DNA from: Eledone cirrhosa
Taxonomy: Eukaryota
Length of the DNA stretch: 64,000 nucleotides
Assembly (NCBI GenBank): GCA_964016885.1
Contig: OZ024743.1
Coordinates: 330,274,001 to 330,338,000 of the forward strand
Direction: 5' to 3'
Shown here one piece after another: positions 18,001-31,300 of the stretch (within the stretch, counting starts at the first letter, position 1; every line of letters starts with the position of its first letter). A program made the position numbers and the translations under genes. The notes under the pieces are model-generated. The model searched no databases. It was given only the letters and a program-made list of their open reading frames with translations, and had not been told where the DNA came from.

Positions 18001-21000
18001 GTTAGTCCAATATACCCAACTACACCATACACAGGTGGTCAGGACCTTATGTTAGTCCAATATACTCAACCACACCATACACGGGTGGTCGGTCCCTTAT
18101 GTTTGTCCAATATACCCAACCACACCATACACAGGTAGTCGGAACCTTATGTTAGTCCAATATACCCAACTACACCATACACAGGCGGTCAGGACCTTAT
18201 GTTAGTCCAATATACCCAACCACACCATACACAGGTGGTCGGGACCTTATGTTAGTCCAATATACCTAATTACACCATACACAGGTGGTCAAGACCTTAT
18301 GTTAGTCCAATATACATAACTACGCCATACACGGGTGGTCGGGACCTTATGTTAGTCCAATATACTCAACTACCCCATACACGGGTGGTCGGGATCTTAT
18401 GTTAGTCCAATATATCCAACCACACCATGCACGGGTGGTCGGGACCTTATGTTAGTCTAATATACCCAACCACACCATACACAGGTGGTCGGGACCTTAT
18501 GTTAGTCCAATATACCCAACCACACCATACATGGGTGGTCGGGACCTTATGTTAGTCCTATATACCCAACTACACCATACATGGGTGGTCAAGACCTTAT
18601 GTTAGTCCAATATACCCAACCACACCATACACGGGTGGTCGGGACCTTATGTTAGTCCAATATACCCAAGCACACCATACACAGATGGTGGGGACCTTAT
18701 GTTAGTCCAATATACCCAACCACACATACATAGGTGGTCAAAACCTTATGTTAGTCCAATATACCCAACCACACCATACACGGGTGTTCGGGACCTTATG
18801 TTAGTCCAATATACTCAACCACACCATACACAGGTGGTCGGGATCTTATGTTAGTCCATTATACCCAACCACACCATACAGGGGTGGTCGGGACCTTATG
18901 TTAGTCCAATATACTCAACCACACCATACACAGGTAGTCGGGACCTTATGTTAGTCCAATATACCCAACCACACCATGCACGGGTGGTCGGAACCTTATG
19001 TTAGTCCAATATACTCAACCACACCATACACAGGTGGTCAGGAACTTATGTTAGTCCAATATACTCAACCACACCATACACGGGTGGTCGGGACCTAATG
19101 TTAGTCCAATATACCCAACCACATCATACACGGGTGGTCGGGACCTTATGTTAGCCTAATATACCCAAGTACACCATACACGGGTGGTCTGGACCTTATG
19201 TTAGTCCAATATAACCAAGCACACCATACAAGGGTGGTCGGGACCTTATGTTAGTCCAATATACTCAACCACACCATACACAGGTAGTCTGGACCTTATG
19301 TTAGTCCAATATACCCAACCAGACCATACAAGGGTGGTCGGGACCTTATGTTAGTCAAATATACTCAACTACACCATACACAGGTGGTCGGCACCTTATG
19401 TTAGTCCAATATAATCAACCACACCATACAAGGGTGGTCGGGACCCTATGTTAGCCCAATATACCCAACTACACCATACAAGGGTGGTCGGGACCTTATG
19501 TTAGTCCAATATACTCAACCACACCATACACAGGTGGTCGGGACTCTATGTTAGTCCAATATGCTCAACCACACCATACACAGGTGGTCGGGACATTATG
19601 TTAGTCCAATATACCCAACTAAACCATACACAGGTAGTCGGGACCTTATGTTAGTCCAATATACCCAACCACACCATACACGGGTGGTCGGTACCATATG
19701 TTAGTCCAATATACCCAACAACACCATACACAGGTGGTCATGACCTTATGTTAGTCCAATATAACCAACCACACCATACACAGGTGGTCGGGACCTTATG
19801 TTAGTCCAATATACCAAACCACACCATACAAGGGTTGTCGGGACACTATGTTAGTCCAATATACTCAACCACACCATAAAAGGGTGGTCGGGACCTTATG
19901 TTAGTCCAATATACTCAAGCACACCATACACAGGTGGTCGGGACCTTATGTTAGTCCAATATACCCAACAACACCATACATAGGTGGTCGGAACCTTATG
20001 TTAGCCTAATATACCCAACTACACCATACACAGGTGGTCGGGACCTAATGTTAGTCCAATATAACAAAACACACCACACACGGGTGGTCGGGACCTTATG
20101 TTAGTCCAATATACTCAACCACGCCATACACGTGTGGTCGGGACCTTATGTTAGTCCAATATACCCAACCACACCATACACGGGTGGTCGGGACCTAATG
20201 TTAGTCCAATATACCCAACTACACCATACACAGGTGGTCAGGACCTTATGTTAGTCCAATATACTCAACCACACCATACACGGGTGGTCGTTCCCTTATG
20301 TTTGTCCAATATACCCAACCACACCATACACAGGTGGTCGGGACCTTATGTTAGTCCAATATACCCAACTACACCATACACAGGCGGTCAGGACCTTATG
20401 TTAGTCCAATATACCCAACCACACCATACACAGGTGGTCGGGACCTTATGTTAGTCCAATATACCCAATTACACCATACACAGGTGGTCAAGACCTTATG
20501 TTAGTCCAATATACCTAACTACGCCAGACACGGGTGGTCGGGACCTTATGTTAGTCCAATATACTCAACTACACCATACACGGGTGGTCGGGATCTTATG
20601 TTAGTCCAATATATCCAACCACACCATGCACGGGTTGTCGGGACCTTATGTTAGTCTAATATACCCAACCACACCATACACAGGTGGTCGGGACCTTATG
20701 TTAGTCCAATATACCCAACCACACCATACATGGGTGGTCGGGACCTTATGTTAGTCCTATATACCCAACTACACCATACATGGGTGGTCAAGACCTTATG
20801 TTAGTCCAATATACCCAACCACACCATACACGGGTGGTCGGGACCTTATGTTAGTCCTATATATCCAACTACACCATACACGGGTGGTCAAGACCTTATG
20901 TTAGTCCAATATACCCAACCACACCATACACCTGTGTTCGGAACCTTATGTTAGTCCAATATACTCAACCACACCATACACAGGCGGTCGGGATCTTATG

Positions 21001-24000
21001 TTAGTCCATTATACCCAACCACACCATACAGGGGTGGTCGGGACCTTATGTTAGTCCAATATACTCAACCACACCATACACAGGTAGTCGGGACCTTATG
21101 TTAGTCCAATATACCCAACCACACCATGCACGGGTGGTCGGAACCTTATGTTAGTCCAATATACTCAACCACACTATACACATGTGGTCAGGACCTTATG
21201 TTAGTCCAATATACTCAACCACAACATACACGGGTGTTCGGGACCTAATGTTAGTCCAATATACCCAACCACATCATACACGGGTGTTCGGGACCTTATG
21301 TTAGCCTAATATACCCAACTACACCATACACAGGTTGTCTGGACCTTCTGTTAGTCCAATATACCCAACTACACCATACACAGGTAGTCGGGACCTTATG
21401 TTAGTCCAATATACCCAAACACACCATACACAGGTAGTCGGGACCTTATGTTAGTCCAATATACCCAACTGCACCATACACAGGTGGTCGGGACCTTATG
21501 TTAGTCCAATATACCCAACTACACCATACACAGGTGGTCGGGACCTTATGTTAGTCCAATATACCCAACCACACCATACACAGGTAGTCGGGACCTTATG
21601 CTAGTCCAATATACCCAACCACACCATACACGGGTGGTCGGGACCTTATGTTAGTCCAATATACCCAACCAGACCATACAAGGGTGGTCGGGTCCTTATG
21701 TTAGTCAAATATACTCAACTACACCATACACAGTTGGTCGGGACCTTATGTTTGTCCAATATAATCAACCACACCATACAAGGGTGGTCGGGGCCCTATG
21801 TTAGCCCAATATACCCAACTACACCGTACAAGGGTGGTCGGGACCTTATGTTAGTCCAATATACTCAACCATACCATACACAGGTGGTCGGGACTTTATG
21901 TTAGTCCAATATGCTCAACCACACCCTACACAGGTGGTCGGGACATTATGTTAGTCCAATATACCCAACTAAACCATACACAGGTAGTCGGGACCTTATG
22001 TTAGTCCAATATACCCAACCACACCATACACGGGTGGTCGGGACCTTATGTTAGTCCAATATTCCCAACCACACCATACACGGGTGGTCGGGACCTTATG
22101 TTAGTCCAATATACCCAACAACACCATACACAGGTGGTCGGGACCTTATGTTAGTCCAATATACCCAACTACACCATACACAGGTGGTCATGACCTTATG
22201 TTAGTCCAATATAACCAACCACACCATACACAGGTGGTCGGGACCTTATGTTAGTCCAATATACCCAACCACACCATACAAGGGTGGTCGGGACACTATG
22301 TTAGTCCAATATACTCAACCACACCATACAAGGGTGGTCGGGACCTTATGTTAGTCCAATATACTCAACCACACCATACACAGGTAGTCTGGACCTTATG
22401 TTAGTCCAATATACCCAACCACACCATACACAGGTAGTCGGGACCTTATGTTAGTCCAATATACCCAACCACACCATACACAGGTAGTCGGCACCTTATA
22501 TTAGTCCAATATACCCAACTACACCATACACAGGTGGTCGGGACCTTATGTTAGTCCAATATACCCAACCACACCATACACAGGTAGTCGGGACCTTATG
22601 CTAGTCCAATATACCCAACCACACCATACACAGGTGGTCGGGACCTTATGTTAGTCCAATATACTCAACCACATCATACACAGGTAGTAGGGACCTTATG
22701 TTAGTCCAATATACCCAACCACACCATACACAGGTAGTCGGGAACTTATGTTAGTCCAATATTCCCAACTACACCATACAACACAGGTAGTCGGGACCTT
22801 ATGTTAGTGCAATATACCCAACCACAACATACACAAGTGGTCGGGACCTTATGTTAGTCCAATATACCCAACCACACCATACACAGTTGGTCGGGACCTT
22901 ATGTTAGTCCAATATACCCAACTACACCATACACAGGTAGTCGGGACCTTATGTTAGTCCAACATTCCCAACTACACCATACACAGGTGGTCGGGACCTT
23001 ATGTTAGTCCAATATACCCAACCACACCATACACAGGTAGTCGGGACCTTATGCTAGTCCAATATACCCATACAACACCATACACAGGTGGTCGGGACCT
23101 TATGTTAGTCCAATATACTGAACCACATCATACACAGGTAGTAGGGAACTTATGTTAGTCCAATATACCCTACCACACCATACACAGGTAGTCGGGAACT
23201 TATGTTAGTCCAATATACCCAACCACAACATACACAAGTGGTCGGGACCTTATGTTAGTCCAATATACCCAACCACACCAAACACAGGTGGTCGGGACCT
23301 TATGTTAGTCCAATATACTCAACCACACCATACACAGGTGGTCGGGACCTTATGTTAGTCCAATATACTCAAGCACACCATACACAGGTGGTCGGGACCT
23401 TATGTTAGTCCAATATACCCAACAACACCATACATGGGTGGTCGGGACCTTATGTTAGTCTAATATACCCAACTACATCATACACAGGTGGTCGGGACCT
23501 AATGTTAGTCCAATATACCAAAACACACCACACACTGGTGGTCGGGACCTTATGTTAGTCCAATATACTCAACCACGCCATACACGTGTGGTCGGGACCT
23601 TATGTTAGTCCAATATACCCAACCACACCATACACGGGTGGTCGGGACCTAATGTTAGTCCAATATACCCAACTACACCATACACAGGTGGTCAGGACCT
23701 TATGTTAGTCCAATATACTCAACCACACCATACACGGGTGGTCGGTCCCTTATGTTTGTCCAATATACCCAACCACACCATACACAGGTGGTCGGGACCT
23801 TATGTTAGTCCAATATACCCAACTACACCATACACGGGCGGTCAGGACCTTATGTTAGTCCAATATACCCAACCACACCATACACAGGTGGTCGGGACCT
23901 TATGTTAGTCCAATATACCCAATTACACCATACACAGGTGGTCGGGACCTTATGTTAGTCCAATATACCTAACTACGCCATACACGGGTGGTCGGGACCT

Positions 24001-27000
24001 TATGTTAGTCCAATATACTCAACTACACCATACACGGGTGGTCGGGATCTTATGTTAGTCCAATATATCCAACCACACCATGCACGGGTGGTCGGGACCT
24101 TATGTTAGTCTAATATACCCAACCACACCATACACAGGTGGTCGGGACCTTATGTTAGTCCAATATTCCCAACCACACCATTCATGGGTGGTCGGGACCT
24201 TATGTTAGTCCTATATACCCAACTACACCATACATGGGTGGTCAAGACCTTATGTTAGTCCAATACACCCAACCACCCCATACACGGGTGGTCGGGACCT
24301 TATGTTAGTCCTATATATCCAACTACACCATACACGGGTGGTCGGGACCTTATGTTAGTCCAATATACCCAGCCACACCATACACAGGTGGTCGGGACCT
24401 TATGTTAGTCCAATATACTCAACCACACCATACACAGGTGGTCAGGACCTTATGTTAGTCCAATATACTCAACCACACCATACACGGGTGGTCGGGACCT
24501 AATGTTAGTCCAATATACCCAACCACATCATACACGGGTGGTCGGGACCTTATGTTAGCCTAATATACCCAACTACACCATACACGGGTGGTCTGGACCT
24601 TATGTTAGTCCAATATAACCAAGCACACCATACACAGGTAGTCAGGACCTTATGTTAGTCCAATATACCCAACCACACCATACACAGGTGGTCGAGACCT
24701 TATGTTAGTCCAATATACCAAACCACAACATACACAGGTGGTCAAGACCTTATGTTAGTCCAATATACCCAACCACACCATACACAGGTGGTCGGGACCT
24801 TATGTTAGTCCAATATACCCAGCTACACCATACAAGGGTGGTCGGGACCTTATGTTAGTCCAATATACTCAACCACACCATGCACGGGTGGTCGGGACCT
24901 TATGTTAGTCCAATATACCCAGCTACACCATACAAGGGTGGTCGGGATCTTATGTTAGTCCAATATACTCAACCACACCATACACAGGTGGTCAGGACCT
25001 TATGTTAGTCCAATATACCCAGCTACACCATACAAGGGTGGTCGGGACCTTATGTTAGTCCAATATACTCAACCACACCATGCACGGGTGGTCGGGACCT
25101 TATGTTAGTCCAAATACTCAACCACACCATACACAGGTGGTCAGGACCTTATGTTAGTCCAATATACTCAACCACACCAATCACGGGTGGTCGTGACCTA
25201 ATGTTAGTCCAATATACCCAACCACATCATACACGGGTGGTCGGGACCTTATGATAGCCTAATATACCCAACTACACCATACAAGGGGTGGTCTAGACCT
25301 TATGTTAGTCCAATATACCCAACCACACCATACACAGGTAGTCAGGACCTTATGTTAGTCCAATATACCCAACCACACCATACACAGGTGGTCGGGATCT
25401 TATGTTAGTCCAATATATTCAACCACACCATTCACAGGTGGTCGGGACCTTATGTTAGTCCAATATACTCAACCACACCATACACAGGTGGTCGGGACCT
25501 TATGTTAGTCCAATATACTCAACCACATCATACACAGGTGGTCGGGACCTTATGTTAGTCCAATATACTCAACGACATCATACACAGGTGGTCTGGACCT
25601 TATGTTAGTCCAATATACTCAACCACACCATGCACAGGTGGTCGGGACCTTATGTTAGTCCAATATACCCAACTACACCATACAAGGGTGGTCGGGACCT
25701 TATGTTAGTCCAATATACTCAACCACACCATACACAGTTAGTCGGGACCTTATGTTAGTCCAATATACCCAACCACACCTTACACAGGTAGTCGGGACCT
25801 TATATTAGTCCAATATACCCAACTACACCATACACAGGTAGTCGGGACCTTATGTTAGTCCAATATACTCAACCACACCATACACAGGTAGTCGGGACCT
25901 TATATTAGTCCAATATACCAAACCACACCATACACAGGTAGTCGGGACCTTATGTTAGTCCACTATACCCAACTACACAATACACAGGTAGTCGGGACCT
26001 TATGTTAGTCCAATATACCCAACCACACCATACACGGGTGGTCGGGACCTTATGTTAGTCCAATATACTCAACCACACCATACACGTGTGGTCGGGACTT
26101 ATGTTAGTCCAATATACCCAACCACACCATACACGGGTGGTCGGGACCTAATGTTAGTCCAATATACCCAACCACACCATACACGGGTGGTCGGGATCTT
26201 ATGTTAGTCCAATATACTCAACCACACCATACACGGGTGGTCGGGATCTTATGTTAGTCCAATATACCCAAGCACACCATACACAGGTGGTCGGGACCTT
26301 ATGTTAGTCCAATATACCCAACTACACCATACACAGGTGGTCAGGACCTTATGTTAGTCCAATATACCCAACCACACCATACACAGGTAGTCGGGACCTT
26401 ATGTTAGTCCAATATACCCAATTACACCATACACAGGTAGTCGGGACCTTATGTTAGTCCAATATACCCAACTACACCATACACGGGTGGTCGGGACCTT
26501 ATTTTAGCCCAATATACCCAACCACACCATACACGAGTGGTCGGAACCTTATGTTAGTCTAATATACCCAACCACACTTACATAGGTGGTCAATATCTTA
26601 TGTTAGTCCAATATACCCAACCACACCATACACGGGTAGTCGGGACCTTATGTTAGTCCAATATACCCAACTACACCATACACAGGTAGTCGGGACGTTA
26701 TGTTAGTCCAATATACCCAACCACACCATACACAGGTAGTCGGGACCTTATGTTAGTCCAATATACTCAACCACACCATACACAGGTGGTCGGGACCTTA
26801 AGTTAGTCCAATATACTCAACCACACCATACACAGGTGGTCGGGACCTTATGTTAGTTCAATATACCCGACTACACCATACACAGGTGGTCGGGACCTTA
26901 TGTTAGTCCAATATACTCAACCACACCATACACAGGTGGTCGGGACCTTATGTTAGTCCAATATACCCAACTACACCATACACAGGTGGTCGGGACCTTA

Positions 27001-27948
27001 TGTTAGTCCAATATACCCAACTACACCATACACAGGTGGTCGGGACCTTATGTGAGTCGAATATACCCAACTACACCATACACGGGTGGTCGGGACCTAA
27101 TGTTAGTCCAATATACTCAACCACACCATACACGGGTGGTCGGTACCTAATGCTAGTCCAATATACCCAACTACACCATACACGGGTGGTCGGGACCTAA
27201 TGTTAGTCCAATATACTCAACCACACCATACACAGGTGGTCGGGACCTTATGTTAGTCGAATATAACCAACTACACCATACACGGGTGGTCGGGACCTTA
27301 TGTTAGTCCAATATATCCAACCACACCATACACAGGTGGTCGGTACCTAATGGTAGTCCAATATACCCAACTACACCATACACGGGTGGTCGGGACCTTA
27401 TGTTAGTCCAATATACCCAACCACACCATACACAGGTGGTCGGGACCTTATGTTAGTCCAATATACCCGACTACACCATACACAGGTGGTCGGGAACTTA
27501 TGTTAGTCCAATATACCCAACCACACCAAAGATAGGTAGTCGGGACCTTATGTTAGTCCAATATACCCAATTAAACCATACACGGGTGGTCGGGACCTTA
27601 TGTTAGTCCGATATACCCAACCACACAATACACGGGTGGTCAGGACCTTATGTTAGTCCAATATACTCAACCACACCATACACAGGTGGTCGGGACCTTA
27701 TGTTAGTCCAATATACCCAACCACACCAAAGATAGGTAGTCGGGACCTTATGTTAGTCCAATATACCCAATTAAACCATACACGGGTGGTCGGGACCTTA
27801 TGTTAGTCCGATATACCCAACCACACCATACACGGGTGGTCAGGACCTTATGTTAGTCCAATATACTCAACCACACCATGCACGGGTAGTCGGGACCTTA
27901 TGTTAGTCCAATATACCCAACCACACCATAAATAGGTAGTAGGGACCA
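1..27948. repeat. Satellite array, 50-bp monomer (~560 copies, runs off the window start)
   Basis: Uninterrupted tandem of consensus TCCAATATACCCAACCACACCATACACRGGTGGTCGGGACCTTATGTTAG. Point variants recur in blocks (1-1600 is nearly identical to 1801-3400), and 49-bp variants occur occasionally. Confidence 0.99.
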
Positions 27949-28307
27949 TATTAAAACATATTAATGCTATTACATATAACAATCAATAGAGTACACGGTT
28001 ATTTTCTGCGTTTGGGATGTTTTACATTTACTAACAATTTAATTCACTCGACGTCCATAAATTGATTATTTAGCTTTGACGTTAATTGTTTAGTTCAATG
28101 GTGAGAGCTCTTAGTTGGAATTTGACAAATACAGATGACGATTTTCTGAAACGGCTGCTGGTCACTTATTTACGCCCATGGGGGTATTTTACTTGATTTT
28201 CTAAGCTATTATTTATAGCAAGCAACTGAGTATACAGTTATATTCCGCATTCCAGATTTTCTACATTTAATAATGATAATAATTATTGCTATTATTTTTT
28301 ATATTAT

Positions 28308-31300
28308 GCGTGTGTGACATTACATCGCTAAGACCCTCCTACCGCCTAAGTGTGTGACATTACATCGCTAAGACCCTCCTACTGCCTAAGTGTGTGACAT
28401 TACATCGCTAAGACCCTCCTACCGCCTAAGTGTGTGACATTACATCGCTAAGACCCTCCTACCGCCTAAGTGTGTGACATTCCATCGCTAAGACCCTCCT
28501 ACCGCCTCAGTGTGTGACATTACATCGCTAAGACCCTCCTACCGCCTAAGTGTGTGACATTAAATCGCTAAGACCCTCCTACCACCTCAGTGTGTGACAT
28601 TACATCGCTAAGACCCTCCTACCGCCTAAGTGTGTGACATTAGATCGCTAAAACCCTCCTCTCCTATAAGCCTGTGATATTATATCACAAAGACTCTCCT
28701 AATATATCGGTGCGTGATATCGCTAAGATACTCCTCCCCTATCAGTGTGTGACATTAAATCCCTAAGATACTCCACCCTATAGGTGTGTGACATTACATC
28801 CCCAAGAAACTCCCCTCTATAAGTGTGTGACATTACATCGCTAAGATACTCCTCCCCTATAGGTGTGTGGCATTACATCGCTAAGATACTTCCCCTCTAT
28901 AGCTGTGTGACATTACATCGCTAAGATACTCCACCTATAGGTGTGTGACAATACATCGCTAAGATACTCCTCTCCTATAGGTGTGTGACATTACATCGCT
29001 AAGATACTCCCCCTAAAGGTGTGTGACATTACATCGCTAAGACCCCCCCCCCTATAGGTGTGTGACATTAAATCCCCAAGATACTCCTCCCCTATAGGTG
29101 TGTGGCATTACATCGCTAAGATACTCCCCCTATAGGCGTGTGATATTACATCGCCAAGATACTCCCCCCTAATAGGTGTGTGACATTACATCCCCAAGAA
29201 ACTCCCCTCTATAAGTGTGTGACATTACATCGCTAAGATACTCCTCCCCTATAGGTGTGTGACATTACATCGCTAAGATACTCCCCCTCTATAGGTGTGT
29301 GGCATTACATCGCTAAGATACTTCCCCTCTATAGCTGTGTGACATTACATCGCTAAGATACTCCACCTATAGGTGTGTGACAATACATCGCTAAGATACT
29401 CCTCTCCTATAGGTGTGTGACATTACATCGCTAAGATACTCCCCCTAAAGGTGTGTGACATTACATCGCTAAGACCCCCCCCCTATAGGTGTGTGACATT
29501 AAATCCCTAAGATACTCCTCCCCTATAGGTGTGTGGCATTACATCGCTAGGATACTCCCCCCTATAGGCGTGTGATATTACATCGCCAAGATACTCCCCC
29601 TAATAGGTGTGTGGCATTACATCGCCAAGATACTCCCCCCTACAAGTGTGTGACATTACATCGCCAAGATACTCCCTCCTATGCGTGTGTGACATTACAT
29701 CGCCAAGATACTCCCCCCTATAGGTGTGTGACATTACATCGCTAAGATACTCCCCCTATAGGTGTGTAACATTACATCGCTAAGATACTCACCACCCCCC
29801 CTATAAGTGTGTGACATTACATCTCCAAGATACTCCCTCCTATAGGTGTGTGACATTACATCGCTCAGATACTCCCCCTATAGGTGAGTGACATTACATC
29901 GATAAGATACTCCCCCTATAGGTGTGTGACATTACATCGCCAAGATACTCGCTCCTATAGGCGTGTGACATTACATCGCTAAGATACTCTCCCTATAGGT
30001 GTGTGACATTACATCGCTAAGATACTCCCCCCTATAGGTGCGTGACATCGCTAAGATACTCCTCCCCTATAGGCGTGTGACATTACATCGCTAAGATACT
30101 CCCCCCTATAGGTGTGTGACATTACATCGCCAAGATACTCCTCCCCTATAGGTGTGTGACATTACATCGCCAAGATACTCCGCCCCTATAAGTGAGTGAC
30201 ATTACATCGCTAAGATACTCCCCCTATAGGTGCGTGACATTACATCGCTAATACACTCCCCCCTATAGGTGTGTGGCATTACATCGCTAAGATACTCCCC
30301 TCTATAGGTGTGTAACATTACATCGCTAAGATACTCCCCCCTATAGGTGCGTGACATCGCTAAGATACTCCCCCTATAGGTGCGTGGCATCGCTAAGATA
30401 CTCCCCCTATAGGAGTGTGGCATTATATCGCTCAGATACTCCTCCCCTATAGGTGTGTGGCATTACATCGCTAAGATACTCCCCTCTATAGGTGTGTGGC
30501 ATTACATCGCTAAGAAACTCCCCCTTATAAGTGAGTGACATTAAATCCCTAAGATACTCCCCCCTATGGGTTTGTGACATTACATCTCTAAGATACTCAC
30601 CCCTATAGGTGTGTGACATTACATCGCCAAGATACTCCCTCTATAGGTGTGTGACATTACATTGCTCAGATACTCCCCCCTATAGGTGTGTGACATGACA
30701 TCGCTAAGATACTCCTCCCCTATAGGTGTGTGACGTTACATCGCTAAGATACTCCCCCTATAGGTGTGTGACATTACATCGCTAAGATACTCCCCCCTAT
30801 AAGTGAGTGACATTAAATCCCTAAGATACTGCCCCCCCCCTATAGGTGTGTGACATTACATCGCTAAGATACTCCCCTTATAGGTGTGTGACATTACATC
30901 GCCAAGATACTCCCTCTATAGGTGTGTGACATTACATCGCTAAGATACTCCTCCCCTATAGGTGTGCGGCATTACATCGCTAAGATACTCGCCCCTATAG
31001 GTGTGTGGCATTACATCGCTAAGATACTCCCCCCTATAAGTGTGTGACATTACATCGCTAAGATACTCCCCCTATAGGTGTGTGACATTACATCGCTAAG
31101 ATACTCACACCTATAGGTGTGTGACATTACATCCCCAAGAAACTCCCCTCTATAAGTGTGTGACATTACATCGCTAAGATACTCCTCCCCTATAGGTGTG
31201 TGACATTACATCGCTAAGATACTCTCCCTATAGGTGTGTGACATTACATCGCTAAGATACATCCCCTATAAGTGTGTGACATTACATCTCTAAGATACTC

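Noticed and set aside
1-27948. Telomeric repeat origin (TTAG word)
   Set aside because: There are no TTAGGG or TTAGG runs anywhere in the array.
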